This document shows, piece by piece, positions 38,001 to 51,963 of a stretch of 64,000 nucleotides of DNA. This DNA is from Oopsacas minuta. Lineage: Eukaryota > Animalia > Porifera. The translations under genes and the position numbers were made by a program. The stretch covers positions 1-64,000 of the forward strand of contig JAKMXF010000026.1 of the NCBI GenBank assembly GCA_024704765.1. Direction: 5' to 3'. The notes below the pieces were generated by a model. It worked only from the letters and a program-made list of their open reading frames with translations, did no database searches and was not told where the DNA came from. Each line of letters starts with the position of its first letter. Position 1 is the first letter of the stretch.

Positions 38001-38371
38001 TCAAAATCTGATACTTCGAGTTTAAACTAGATGTATAATTATTATACATTTAATATGTTCAAATAGATCACGAATAACGTATTATACAACTTAGTTTTTT
38101 TGTATTACAAAACTGTCAAAAAGCGTTTAACATTACGTAACATTTGAACGACCTCTAACATATGTATTTTGCCTACAAATATTAAGGATATCTGTCACTA
38201 TATTGTGGCGTTGTCTTCCCCTTCACTATGTGATAATTCCGATGCTGATGAATACTTGTTCTTCCAAATTCTTTGATCTCTTTTATAAATTATTTTGTGG
38301 ACTCAATCAGAGGTTTACCACTATAATCATATTCTGTCTACACATTAGCTAGATAATTGCTTGTAATAGGA

Positions 38372-38721
38372 ATGGCTGAGTTGTTGGATATTAGCGATCT
38401 ACCTATTTCTGTACAGCAGAGCCTTAAAGTGCTGGACGATGAGCTTGAGGAGGGTGACATTACTCAAAAGGGATACGATAAAAAACGCAAGCAACTTTTG
38501 GAACCATTCACAGGATATCTAAGCAAAGGAGAAGAAGAGGGAAAAAATTCTCCCAGAAATCAGTCTCCAATTCCTCAATCTATTGATCTGATTGTTGATG
38601 ATGAAGATAGCATTGGTGAAGAGTTTTCGATTAGCATAAGAAAAGATGCAGTACAAGCGGCAATGCAGGCCTTAAGAGCTAACGGACCTATATCCAGCAA
38701 ACGTTCCATTCCATTAAATAG
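38372..38721 (+). CDS. DIP2: DIP2 homolog, coding exon 1 (DMAP1-binding domain)
   Basis: MAELLDISDLPISVQQSLKVLDDELEEGDITQKGYDKKRKQLL matches the DIP2 N-terminal LP.EVR..LAELELELSEGDITQKGYEKKR.KLL. Donor AG|GTATGA, phase 2. Confidence 0.85.
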
Positions 38722-39108
38722 GTATGATTCTCCATGTACACTGTCTTAAACATCCGATGGCGTAGCTAAACGTCATCAAGTTTGAAAAAATTTTGTCCAT
38801 ATAAATGTGGTATCAAATGCCGTATTTTTAGCATAATTCAATTGCAAGATTTATACAATCGATTTCGATGCCAATCAAAAATATTTGCATATACGAATTC
38901 ACACCCATAGACTATATAAGCTAATATATTCGTTTATCGTCCAATTTGGCACAATTTTTCTCCTACCCGGACATATTTTTGGTCCCCAGTTCCAAAAGTG
39001 TTGGATACAGTGCAACCTCTATAAGCGGGGTCTATTGCGTGGTATTTTGACCCACATCAAAATGTATTATAGTATTAGGATTTTGGCCTGCATATAGCGT
39101 ATTATAGT

Positions 39109-39218
39109 TAGGGTTGTACCGGATTAGAGATTTTCTACTCCGGCAGGATCTGGATATGCGGAAAATGGCCGAATATTGCCGGATATTGGATTAGTACCGG
39201 AAATCCGGTAGAGCTCTA
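39109..39218. mobile_element. hAT-type MITE, 110 bp
   Basis: Imperfect TIRs TAGGGTTGTACCGGAT / ATCCGGTAGAGCTCTA, flanked by an exact 8-bp TSD ATTATAGT. Confidence 0.85.
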
Positions 39219-39452
39219 ATTATAGTCGTCGGATTTTTACCCTCATATAGTGAATAATAGTCAGTGGCGTAACCAGAGTTTAGTGTCAGAGGGAGCGAAT
39301 ACTAGAAATGTGCCAACTTCATCAAAATAATGGACTTCTTTTATTGCTAAGTGCTCGTTTAGTGGATAATCATATTGATTTCGCTGTATCCTTGATTTGA
39401 ATTAATAATATGCAAAGGGAAGATATCTTTCAATAGCTTGCTAATCCCGATA

Positions 39453-40075
39453 TCCTAGATATTAAATCTCAATTGTTGTTTGTCTGTGTTTTTGTCTGTT
39501 TGTTTGTCCGTTGTCAAGGAAAGGATTTACGGTATGCAAATTTGAAATTGTCGCATAACTATGTATTTAGCGTGTTTATCAAGGAAGTAAATAGAATTCA
39601 ATAAAACTCACTAAATATATCGAACATTCTGAATCTGATTTTCACACTTTGGGGTTAATCATATGTAAATTTATTGTTGTTATTATGAATATAAAGTAAA
39701 CAAATTTGTCAATTCTCAAATTATACGTACAACCTTGCTCTAAACGGCTACACTGGGGTAACTAATGTACCCTGAATCCGAATTCTCATTTTCAAGTTTC
39801 TCAAGTGTAAATACATTGTTGTTTTTATAAATATACAGGAAACAATTAGCAATATCTCACAATATACGTGGATATTCGCTCCCAACGGCTACAAAAGGGG
39901 TTGGTCTTACAAAATAATTCAATAATATATATGCCATTCACGTATATTTGTGAATTACATTGTTCTAAATATATCTATATGATAATACTGAAAGGGGCCG
40001 TAAATTTGGAGAACATTGGATACCTCGAGGCGCAATGCGCCGAGTTCATCGCGAAACGACGAGCCAAAAGGCTCG
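39453..40075 (+). mobile_element. Non-autonomous Helitron (family H3), 623 bp
   Basis: A|TCCTAGATATTAAATCTCAATT plus a GTTT microsatellite ... TCGAGGCGC box ... CGAGCC-AAAA-GGCTCG|T. A shorter inverted copy lies at 50824-51137. Confidence 0.7.
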
Positions 40076-40643
40076 TATATATATTGTTTGTATGTTCTGA
40101 ATTGATTGAAGAAACAGGAAGATCCCCAGATCTGATTTTTGGCATGCACGAGTATTATGACGTCATTGTCACATTTTTGGATTTTTCAAAAATTCACATT
40201 ATTAATCACTGCTCAACCATAATACATGACAGAAGTTAGAAATTTGAAACACGGGTATCCCTCAATATACCAAATGTTCTGACCGCATGATTTTGGCCAA
40301 TGGCTAACTCATCATGGGATTATTGCGTCATCATGATTGTACAAAAATCTCCAAATTTCCCAATTTTCGATATTTTTGAGATTTTCATAAACCTCGAGTT
40401 AGAAGTGCCCAGATTACTAGCCAAATATCACCGACCAACTTTAGTGGTAATTATTTTAATGTTGATTGACCATGGATTATCTAAAATTATGATTTCCTTA
40501 ACAATTCTACCTCTAGGAACGTAGTGTTGATTATATCCGGTCGCGTATCGACCAAAAGCATTAATTTACTTAGCTGTTTAATACTTAAGCTAACCTGAGG
40601 CTCTAATCTTTCCCGCAGCGACCTAGTAAGCCAATCGCGCTAG
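40076..40643 (+). mobile_element. Helitron family H1 copy lacking the extreme 5' end, abutting H3
   Basis: TGTTTGTATG...ATTGATTGAAGAAAC...CTGATTTTTGGCAT start and ...GCAGCGACCTAGTAAGCCAATCGCGCTAG|T end, as in 11120-11790. Confidence 0.7.
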
Positions 40644-41138
40644 TATCGTTTGTTGCGTTATTATTGTGTACACTTCATAATATCATGAACCTATCTATAT
40701 AGATATGAATTTCTATTATCCTGAAGGGGGCCATTAATTTGAATTTTTTATGTTGCCCTCGACATTTACACCCCTTGCTTAGTGATAAAGCGATGGATCG
40801 AAGGTTCGTCTCATTCAAATTCTTAGAATTCATATTGAAATACTCAATTTCAATACTTCCTCAAATCATCCGTGTTATATTTAAATATGGCCCAGGCCCT
40901 CTCGGTGACTACAGCATCATGTTCATGTATTAGGTAGCACTGTGAGGATTAAGGGGAACTGGGCCGTAAAGAAACTTGGAACTGTGTTGCTCCATATAAT
41001 TCGCATTTTTGCGATATTTTTCCCAACGAGATTTGATCATTGAAGTCACACTATAGTCAGTACAGAAATTTTAGGGATAATATTTTAAGCCTTGTTTCTA
41101 TCTGTGACTCAATCATTATAATAAATCTTAAATTTTAG

Positions 41139-41334
41139 AATAACTGAGGCAAAGACTGATTCTGGTGAAAATCCCTCGGTAAAGATTAATCCTATTCCAG
41201 TTAAGAGCCCAAAGCCGCGTATTGCACAGCCTTCTATTAGGATAACTCGAACTAGTAGCAATGGGTCTGATGATAGATTGGTTTACGATGAAGGATGTGT
41301 TTCAACCGCTCTACCTAACACGATAACAAAACAG
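41139..41334 (+). CDS. DIP2: DIP2 homolog, probable coding exon 2 (low-complexity linker)
   Basis: Acceptor AATTTTAG|, open frame (R)ITEAKTDSGENPSVKINPIPVKSPKPR...ITKQ, donor CAG|GTAATT. Phase 2 in and phase 0 out fit exons 1 and 3. No conserved motif, so support is splice and phase only. Confidence 0.6.
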
Positions 41335-41897
41335 GTAATTTCATTTAAATACTTGTTTTCAAACACTTTACATGCTAACAAATTGGAATGCAATTATCTG
41401 TTTGGATTGAATTATCATCACCATAAGAGAATAACAGGAGATTCTCCGCAAATCTATAAGAGGTATAAATTTTCCCCGCGCTCGCTCGTTTTATGAATAT
41501 TTACAATATGATACAGTTCACTATTATTTACATCACTTCCTCTGTTTTAATAACCATAATTGATAGTCTTCACAACTGGCAGGTAAATATGATGTGACTC
41601 TAATAGACAGGTTTATTTTCAGTAACTAAGAGCCTAAAAATGGTGGCCCCCTCGTTTAGTTAGAGGCAACATACTATTTCAATAGGAATATAATGAACAA
41701 TAGGCTATGGTGGATCTCACCATGGAACTACCGCCTCTTGGCTGGAATTAGCGACCACCTAAAAAGAGTCCCTACCATTTCCTTTTATAATGACCTCTGG
41801 ATAGCTGCCACCTGCTCTACGTGCCAGGTTGAATTCTACTAAACTGGAAGTAAAGGTTCTATTAATATGCTGTTAAGATATTATATATATATATAGA

Positions 41898-42356
41898 TGT
41901 ATTTTTGGCATACAGGGAGGGTTATTTTGGGCAGGGCTCGGACAAGTTCGAGTCTTGGGCGAAAATTCACACCAATGACGAAATTATGTCAACATTTTGG
42001 AATTTCGAAAATCACATTATTAAAACTGATCACCCAATATGTATGATAAAAGTTTGAAATTTGAATTACAGGTACACCCGTCAATGTATAAAATTTCCTG
42101 ACGTCATGATTTGGTTAAAAACTAAATCATAATGGGAGTATTACGTCATTATGACTGGACAATTTTCTAGAATTTTTAGAATTTCTTAATACACGAAGGA
42201 TAAAGTGTACAGATTACTAACCAAAAAGCCATGTATCGCCTCCAGTATTACCGCACAAGGTTATTAAATCGAATTTGGATGGACCATTTCTGCTATTCCA
42301 TACACTCGAGGCACGAAGTGGCGAGTATATTCAGTCGCGTTGCGACAAAAAGTATT
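41898..42356 (+). mobile_element. Helitron family H1, truncated copy
   Basis: ATTTTTGGCATACAGGG...GGACAAGTTCGAGTCTTGG...TCGAGGCAC matches the reverse complement of 11120-11790. Confidence 0.7.
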
Positions 42357-42810
42357 ATGAACATTATCTATCATTTTCATACTTTTTACTTTTATTATTA
42401 CTGCTAACATGTGCAAATAAGTTGTTTCAGATCTTTTTCAATCTTAAATTCATATCTAAGTTATGGCTTAATCTATGAATTATATGAGCGGAATATAACT
42501 ATATTACAGTTAAACTATCCTGCTATCCATGGACTGTACGTTTGTATTCTACCCTTCAACAACTTTCTAGGTAGCCTAAAATGTTAATTTTATTAAAGGC
42601 AATATAAGTGCTATTATTTATAGCCCAAAAGAATCAATTTCAATTCTAGTTATCTGTGTTTCTTTCTGGAGGGTATAGGTTTCTATTCAAGATTGAGGTT
42701 TACTGATAAGAAAACCAGTAGCCTCCAAATGTAACACTATATCTTTATTTAACATCTTCAATAACTCTATCTGTTGCATTGGTATATAGGTGGAAAATAA
42801 ACCGGTTAAC

Positions 42811-45800
42811 AGGATATTCAACTAGGGTCAGTTCAATCACTAATTTCTCCTACTTGTGCTCATCAGATTTACCCGAAATTAATATCATTCGGTAGAGGAG
42901 TGTTGGACGTTATATAAAATATAATTTTCTCTGATATTTTTTAACTTTTACCTATCTGTTTTGTCATGACGAGTAGGGCGCTTCTCTACTAATAAAGATG
43001 ACTTAAAAGTGAGAATTCAAATCTAAAATTTTGTGTCTATATTTGTGATCATGGACGTTTATGTAAATTAAATTTCATCCAAAAATTCCTAAAACTCGAG
43101 GGGACACCAAGTATTCAAATTTGAAGTCAGAGTTATATTTGGAGGCGGGCGAGTATCATTATAGAAAAGTAGGGTCAGTTCAAATTGATATTTGATATCC
43201 AAAATCGAACACAAACTTTTATATTTTGATAACAGTCGATAGCTGAGATATGGATGTTTACCATCATGTCACTATAATCATGAAATTCTGGAAGATACAG
43301 TCACAATGGGGTTCTCAAAAATGGCATAATTGTCGTTTTTATGTATTTTCGAGATTTCAAAATCATCCATTCCCAGAATCACCTGAAACTTTACAGGTTC
43401 CTTCTTTTATATTGTATCATTCAATTTCCTTTTAAACAAACAGGGGTCGCTACTACTTTTGTAATGAATATTCGAAAAATAATATTTTGTGAAAATATGT
43501 TTTTCCACCAGCAATATCATTATTTACATTGTCTAGTACATTACTAGATTATCTCATAAGACTAATGAGCATGACTGTTGTTTATCGTGTAAAGCAACAC
43601 ATCTTATAACTTTTCTTTTGTTTCCCACTCTATTGTTGCTACAGCAAACAAATAATGAAAGCGTAAAATACTCACCTATTTTGATATCTCAAATATTCAT
43701 AAGTCCAACTTCATTCTACTTATGTATTCTAATAAAATTATGATGGAACAATGCGACTGTGAGGTTAGTGCAGTATTCAAAACGGGTAACTTCAGCCACT
43801 CTAAATCTATATTTGTATAAAATTACTACTTGTTCTAACTCTTTTAGTCTTTCGTCCTAGTTTACTCATAACAGTTTCGCAATTGTTATGAATAATTCTT
43901 CTTTCAATCAATAAAGGCCCTGTTAAGTGCTATTGATTTAATTAATTACATTTAAAGAAATTTACATAATCTTTCAATATACGTAATAGTTGGGAATACA
44001 TCTGAATGTTTTAAGTTATGTAATCTGAAATATACGATCCGAGTTATATGAAGCAGTTGAATGTCAGAAGTATAATAACTATGGTTTTTCATCGAGGTCC
44101 TTAGAAAGTACAGCCCTGCTTTATGTATTTAGCAACCGTTTTACTTCTCTCAAAACGATATTAATCTTGGGCTGATTTTACCAGTTGATAGAGTGTCAAT
44201 ATTGTAGGCCAGTTAAGAAGTTGATAGATTCGATCATACTCAATTTAGCCTAGGCCAAAATGAGTACTCAACTTGGCTGAAACTTGTCGTGTATTCATTT
44301 TGGCCGTGACATATATACACTCGATTAGTACTAATAAGTATATTTACTAGAAGACTAAATCCAACTAGGAACATTGTTACAGGTAAGGATATAAATATAT
44401 GCATGTACAGTATTTAGAATATAATTGTAACCATTACTTGAAGTACAAAATTTGGATCACTTTTGCCTTATCACCATATACTCTAAACAAAATTATTCCA
44501 CTCCACAAGGGCAGTAATGGCATGTTACTAACAAATAAATGGCGACTATGACCACTTGTGTACCATCTGTATGCTGAGATGATAGGGTGCCTTCTGAGTA
44601 AAACTTATCTGCCATTATTTAACAAACATATTTCATCCTGTATATAAAATACGTAAGCTCTACAACTATCAAATTTACATTACGACTATCAGTTATTTTA
44701 AAATGATAATAATTGAACTTTTAAACATACATATTGCTTATCTAATGGTATTTATCAGCAAAAAGATTTGTCCAATGACTCATTAAAGACACGATACCAT
44801 TATGATCGGTAGTACAAATACTATCCTGTTTAGCCTTAAGAGATGAAACTCTCCAGATTCGCAACTTATATTGGTTACAATATCAACCTCAGAACATATT
44901 TCTAAAGACTGGTTTGTGATTTCCTCATTTTCAACATTACAAATAAATATTGTAGGCCTGAGTAAGTGGCTCATTAACTAAACTTTGAATTCGATCTCGA
45001 TATTCACCATATTTAACTTCTAAGGCATTAATACCATTAGAGTCAAATTCCCCTCTTTGTTCGATTACCCAACCAATGAAATCAGTCATGATCTCTCCAC
45101 TTAAACATACTTCTTACCAAACGTTTGATATACTAAATAAGGGCCATGTTCAGGTTGGCTGATACTAACCACAAAACTAATAGTGGACTATACTCCAAAA
45201 AGATTTACCATAACAACTTAAGATACAGCTTGTGAAAGTGTTACACTCATCAAAATAGAAAGTTTCAGTGAATTGCAATACTCTAGAAACTTTTTGAGAA
45301 AAGACAAACCATAAAACTTAGCGCCATCTACCTACAACTGAGATTCAGATGTATTAAACAGCTAATATACATTATGACCTCCACTTAGTGGCCTAAGAGT
45401 TTCGGTGTCGGAATCTCTCTTCAATCGGTCATACTCAACTAAATCGGAGGCTGAAGATGTCCACAATAAGAAGCATGTCGTCTCATAAATCTAATTCAAG
45501 ATCCAATAAATTTAGGTTACTAAATGAGGAAACTGAATCGAAACACTCAGCTACATTTATGTACATCTTTAATGATAGTAGACGTAATTAAATATGCTCT
45601 CATGGGAATACCTAGCTTTGTAATCTTAACAGGTTTACTATCAGAGTAGACCTTCTTGCAAATTGTTCCCCAAATGAAGTAGGCATGTTGGCGCTGACAG
45701 ACTGCTTGCGGATCAAAGCATCAAAGGACTGAAATGTGGAGACAATTAAGTTAACCATGAGACAATACAAGCAAGAAGAGTAGTATACAGTAAGGATGTA

Positions 45801-46956
45801 GCCGGAGATGCGAAGAGCGAATCAGAAAAAGAACCGGAATTATTTGATTTACTGAGAGAGTGCAAGCCAATTCGAGCACGCCATAATTCAATACAAATCA
45901 TAAGTATAAGTAAGAGTAGAAATATAAGTAGAAAAAACGATAATGCCGCTTGTCAAGCAAAGCAAAGAGAAAGAAATAGCAAAAAGCAAAACAATAAACA
46001 CAAATCAGAAATACTGAAGCATGATTCAATATGGATGAGGCAGATATATGATTATTTGTCAAAATGTATATTTCATTGTGATGGATAAAATTCGCAATTA
46101 CAGTATTTTGCGCTTTCGTTATTCGTTGTTGTAGCAACATTAGAATGAGAAACAAGAGAAGAGTTATAAGATGTGTTGCCTTACGCGATAAATAACAGTC
46201 ATGCTCATTAGTCTTAGGAGAAAGTCTAGTATTGTACAAGGCAATGTGAATAATGGCTAGTGGAAAAAATATTTTCACAAAATATTATTTTTCGAATATT
46301 CATTACAAAAGTAGTAGCGACCCCTGTTTGTTTAAAAGGAAATTGAATGATACAATATAAAAGAAGGAACCTGTAAAGTTTCAGGTGATTCTGGGAATGG
46401 ATGATTTTGAAATTTCGAAAATACATATAAACGACAATTATGCCATTTTTGAGAACCCCATTGTGACTGTATCTTCCAGAATTTCATGATTATAGTGACA
46501 TGATGGTAAACATCCATATCTCAGCTATCGACTGTTATCAAAATATAAAAGTTTGTGTTCGATTTTGGATATCAAATATCAATTTGAACTGACCCTACTT
46601 TTCTATAATGATACTCGCCCGCCTCCAAATATAACTCTGACTTCAAATTTGAATACTTGGTGTCCCCTCGAGTTTTAGGAATTTTTGGATGAAATTTAAT
46701 TTACATAAACGTCCATGATCACAAATATAGACACAAAATTTTAGATTTGAATTCTCACTTTTAAGTCATCTTTATTAGTAGAGAAGCGCCCTACTCGTCA
46801 TGACAAAACAGATAGGTAAAAGTTAAAAAATATCAGAGAAAATTATATTTTATATAACGTCCAACACTCCTCTACCGAATGATATTAATTTCGGGTAGAT
46901 CTGATGAGCACAAGTAGGAGAAATTAGTGATTAAACTGACCCTGGTTGAATATCCT
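42811..46956. repeat. Large inverted duplication: arms 42811-~43670 and ~46095-46956
   Basis: About five differences by eye over the outer ~690 bp; clearly more diverged over the inner ~170 bp; ~2.4-kb spacer. Confidence 0.9.
43700..45900 (-). pseudogene. Possible highly decayed LINE-type reverse transcriptase
   Basis: Only faint, disrupted resemblance to the Q.GF...ST..AI, LDF.KAFD and QGS.LGP regions on the minus strand. Boundaries are guesses. Confidence 0.3.
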
Positions 46957-47429
46957 TATAACTTCACAGTCATAATTATTGTACATAACAGGAATTAGTT
47001 TCGCATTCATACGTTGCCATAGTACTCCTAAATTATAGAAATACCAGTGATGATATCAGTTGAAACCTGGTAGATTATTTAACTTTCAACTTGATCCGTC
47101 TTAAGATGAGAAAAATTGCCACTACATATTTCCATAACGCCATTTTTACAACCTAATTTTTCATTCTGAAGTGTGGGACAATTCTGGGCTACTTCTGTAT
47201 GATTTATAATGGCTAACCAATCATTATAAATGATTCTCAATATATAACACCTTTACTTACTGGAAAATGATCCTGTATTTCTGTCACCTAACGAACAAAT
47301 TCAGTTGATTAATCGCTAGTCATGAGTAAATAATGTTTGTTACAAAGCATGTCAACAAATTTACATTTTTTTGTTATGTACTAATCAAAAACCAACAAAA
47401 CCCCCAGAAAGCATTTTGTACATTTTATT

Positions 47430-47494
47430 TATTTCAGGGACTGCTTGGTGACACACGTAACAACGTTCTGAAGCACACTGGTTGAGAACCACTG
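47430..47494. mobile_element. Isolated hAT Buster/Charlie-type right end
   Basis: Ends GCACACTGGTTGAGAACCACTG, the reverse complement of the CAGTGGTTCTCAA type of TIR. Confidence 0.5.
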
Positions 47495-48639
47495 TACTCG
47501 AGACTTAGAATTAAATCTGTAAATTACTTTTAGAAAGGCACTATTCATAAACTCCACCTTTGACGAATTCCTTAGATGGTGGCTATTATTTCTTATTTCC
47601 CTGAATTATCTTATACATCAGCCACTTGTTTTAAATTCATAATGGTCACCTTCTCTATACAACTGCCATGAACCTCAAATTACTTACATCTTTTTTTAAG
47701 CAAAATGCACAAGCCATCTCCATTCTGCGAATCGAGCTACTGGAATGACAGCATAGATCCCAACCTAAGAGAAGCTGGTCACCTTCTCACCTCCAATTGG
47801 ACACTTCATTAGGTAAATTCCTGAGTTCCAACTCTATAATTGACTTCTAGACTTGAAGTATTACAGTATTCAAGCATCAATCTCGAAAAATGAAAATAGG
47901 AGCACAAATTTGTACACTTTATCAGTCCCCTTCATTGCTTTTTCAATGTAAAATTTTTGATAAGGAGTACGAATTTTGAACGTCCCTTGGTGTACGTATT
48001 AACTAGACTTTACTGTATTCTATATGTCTTAGGCAATCCTGATAGCGAGATTTTATCAAGTATCAAATTTTTGGACTGAAAACACCAAATTTGTGAATGA
48101 AAGTCAGGTTTAAGCCGTTTTGTCCTTTTAGAGCTTATTTGAATTCTACGATATTGTTTCTTCCTAAATGGTTCACTCACTTCATAGCTGAAATACCCAA
48201 TGACGGAAGGTATTAATGTTGACGTTAATGCTGGATTGACTGACGAGTGCCGATTTACAACGGATTCCGCCAATTCGCACGTTGTGGTGCAAATTATTCT
48301 CACCTAATTTGATTGTTCAATTGGAGGTGATATTAATTAATTAATTGAATTTCAATACACTTAATGAATTAATCCATTTTCTATTCATCATTTCACAATG
48401 AGAAATACTTTTCAATTGGAGAGACTAGATGATATGAATTCCAAAGATTGCTCAAAGTAAGCAAACACACATCAAGTAAATACACTCCGGGAATATTTAG
48501 CATAGAGGAATGTAATATACAGGTTGTGATCACCTGTGATATTTGAAACCTCGAACATAGATACAAAATGATCTTGTTCAAACTCAGATTCGTTTCTTAA
48601 TAATATACCTATTACCTTTGTATTATTCGAATTTTAAAT

Positions 48640-49600
48640 ACATATTGCGCCCTATATACGCCCCCTGGAAGTAGTCGAGTAGACCAGCTATCTCGATCGT
48701 AGGTAGCAGGCCCATTGACGCTTACTCAATCAGTTCGGCGACGTCTGCTAGTGAGGCGATTACAAGGGCTAGTATCTTTTGGATGGGTATAGCCAACTCT
48801 TCGTCATGTGTGTAGTCAGCTGCAGTCCTATATCCTGCATATGCCGCCAGATATTCTTTGTGAGGTGGAAGGAGCAACACTTCACCACTGTGTTAGGTCA
48901 CACATGCTCCATTCTCAAGTCCAGGGGATTCTTTTTAGGCTAGGCAAGAGCACAAAGTGGCGAATTTGCCCCCACATCCTCAGTCTTGTTAGGAAGTAGC
49001 ACGAACAGACTGGGCACAGATGACCGGTCTTCATAGGATCATCTCCCCCATGGAGTCCATGCATGACATACACCAGGGCGAAGAGGTGAGGCGTCGTCTA
49101 GAAGATGCCCTCAACATGCAATATCTTGCTTTTCTGCAGATCCTGAGTTTGCGTTGTGTCACGAAGATGAGGAATCTGTGTACATCATCTGCAACAGAGT
49201 CGTAGAGCAAGAATTGCTCTCCCTTGGCTGTCTGTCGCTAGACTGCTGGTAAAGCTAGCTCTGTTAGAGTGGTAGGCTGTGCTGGAACTGTTCGCTTCAG
49301 GCTGTCCAGTTTCGATAGTTTAGCAGCAGTATCCTCTGATGTTTTAGCAAACTCTCGCCAACTATGTGTTGTTCGCTATCCTGGGAATCCCGTGCTTTTC
49401 TCTTCATGCCTACCTTCGCTTCACAACATCCCGCTGTCTGCTCATCAGGCCCATCGGAGTGCTCATTCGTGCGCTTAACTATCACCATCCCTTTGGTATG
49501 GGCCCTAGCTTTGCAGATCTCTCTCCAATCCCAATCAATGCACACCATCTCCTTTCTCTCCTCACTTAACTCCTCTCCATTGAGGTGCAGTTACCAAGGA
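48640..49600 (-). pseudogene. FLYWCH-type MULE transposase remnant
   Basis: Broken frames read CKARAHTKGMVIVKRTNEHS.GPD, MKRKARDSQ, KLSKLDSLKRTV, GEQFLLYDS...RFLIF, SLFVLLPNKTE and LLDYFQGAYI. Confidence 0.7.
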
Positions 49601-50823
49601 AGAAGAACAGTGGTTATGATGCGGTAGCTGCACCTCTCTTGAACTCTCAGACTTCACTTACAGCACTATTCCTCTTAGACATCTATTGTATTACCATTTA
49701 TCAAATAATAAGGCCATGTAAAGTAATATACTTGTTTCTTATCCCCGCTCGCCCCAAATTTTGTGCCCCCTTCCGAAAGATTGTATTTGTGTTGTTCCAA
49801 ATTTCTTGATAATTGTAATTCTTTGGCCACAGAATGTGAAATCCACATTTTACTAGTTGTATAGTTGAAAAATTCAATATTTTGATATCCAGAGAGAATG
49901 TGGCGAGATAATCGAGGGGTAAAAATAATTTATATATCAACTGGTCTATAAAAATTATATATAAAATACCGCCCACCATGCCCCTTTCCGAAGAATTCCC
50001 GGATGAGAAACGATTAATAAATTTTACATGCCTAAGTATTTATTCTATTTTGTAGTACACATGCATATATCTATTTGACATTCAATATACAATATTTATG
50101 ACTTGACTTGATTCATCTGAATCTGATTAGGTTTCTAGTTATCGAATAGAAACCTAAAAGGGTTAATTTCCCCACACAAACGGAGTGTTCAAAATTTACG
50201 CAATACTTAATGCATGAATTCGATTTCCCACTGGCAAGTATTCTCATGTCGTCTTTTGTAGTAGAATTAGGTTGTATTTTAACTTGTAACATGTCATACA
50301 CCCTATCCTTAGAAGTATTATATAATTATAAGTTGAATGAACAAAATATCTGTTACAGATATCCTTCCGATCTATCCCAGCAAGGCCAATATTTAAAGGT
50401 GGAGGGCTAGTTTACTTTGCCAAGACATTTCCCATCCAGAGATTAAAATCATTACCCAGATTACCGATGTATCATTACCAGCGGTTTATCTGGAAATTTC
50501 TGGGTCGGCACTTTTTCGAGCAGGTACTCTCCTGGGATGGCACATTTTGGGCGGTAACATATTGTTCTTGTACTAATTTGAGTCTCATGGTCGGCATCTT
50601 TGTCTTTCATGACTGGTGAACTGATACTTTTAGGGACCTGTCTAGCACCTAGATAAAACCCTGATCATAGGGTGCTATCCAGGCGCATGCGACGCGACTA
50701 CAGGTGCATAACTTAGGCAATTATATCTCTAGGCGTATGAAATGAATTAGAATCAATTTTTAGGCTTATGACCCTGAGAACCTGGATGAAACCCTGGCCC
50801 GATCATTACAGTATATAATAATA

Positions 50824-51137
50824 CGAACCTTTTACTCGTCTCTTCGCGATGAACTCGGCGCATTGCGCCTCGAATTATCCATTATTCTCCAAATTGACGG
50901 CCCCTTTCAGTATTATCATATAGATATATTTAGAACAATGTAATTCACAAATATACGTATATGGGACATATATTATTGAAATATTTTGTAAGATCAACCC
51001 CCTTTGTAGCCGTTGGGAGCAAGTATCTACTTATATTTCGAGATATTGCTAATTGTTTCCTGTATATTCATAAAAACAACAATATATTTACATATCAACG
51101 CACAAACAAACAAACAGCAATTGAGAGTTAATATAGA
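50824..51137 (-). mobile_element. Helitron family H3, internally deleted copy (314 bp)
   Basis: Reverse complement of ~39800-40075 joined to a 5' end A|TCTATATTAACTCTCAATTGC(TGTT)n. Ends AAAAGGTTCG|T. Confidence 0.75.
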
Positions 51138-51963
51138 TATTGCTTACACTACCATATTCGGACTCAATATACTCGGTTACCCCAGTATAGTCGTCGAAGG
51201 TATGATTCTACCTCAATCTTGAAATTTCTTTACTTTATATTCATAAGAACAAAATTAGATTGAAATATGAGAAACTTGAAATTTAATTTGGTTGAGTATA
51301 GGTTGTATAGTTGAGTACATCTAGACATTTTAAAAACTTGATTTATGTAATTGGACTCTTTTAATCGACTTTGGACCCCAATTTCTATAGAACGCTCAAT
51401 CCATGTGTATATTGTATAGACTGTGACTACATTCATTTTTCGCCCCTTTGGTCACTTTATGCCCACAGTGATCAGAGTATGGGCTATTCTTTGGCCCAGG
51501 TATTAGGATAAATCCGGAAAGATTTTATTTATATTTTCCAAACTTATGGATAATTCTTTGGTTATAGATTGTACAATCCATACTTTAGTATATGTATAGT
51601 TGAAAAGTTAAATATTTATATACCCGTGATGAGATAATCGAAGGGTTATATATTTTAGATTTTAACTGTGTTATAACGAAATAAAATACAAACATCATCC
51701 GCCATCCCAGTTTTCGAAGAAATTAGAGATGAGAAACAAGTAATATATTTACATGCACTAACAAGGAATAAAAACATACCGTATTGTTACAATTCATACC
51801 TATAGTAAAATTTAGTGGCCCCTCGAAGTACAGGCTCTAGGCTACAACCTAGTTAGCCTATATTTTAATGTCGGGTGCACATCTAGAGGTCACTGCGAGT
51901 ATTAGTGCCAAATTTAGTTCCTTGAACTCTAAAGGTGTGAATAGGAGAGCGTACACTTATATA

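Noticed and set aside
43250-46517. Duplicated small ORFs (43250-43435/46332-46517 and 43341-43547/46226-46426), and 476-697/51868-52086
   Set aside because: Their similarity comes from lying inside DNA repeats. There is no codon-level or motif evidence of coding function.
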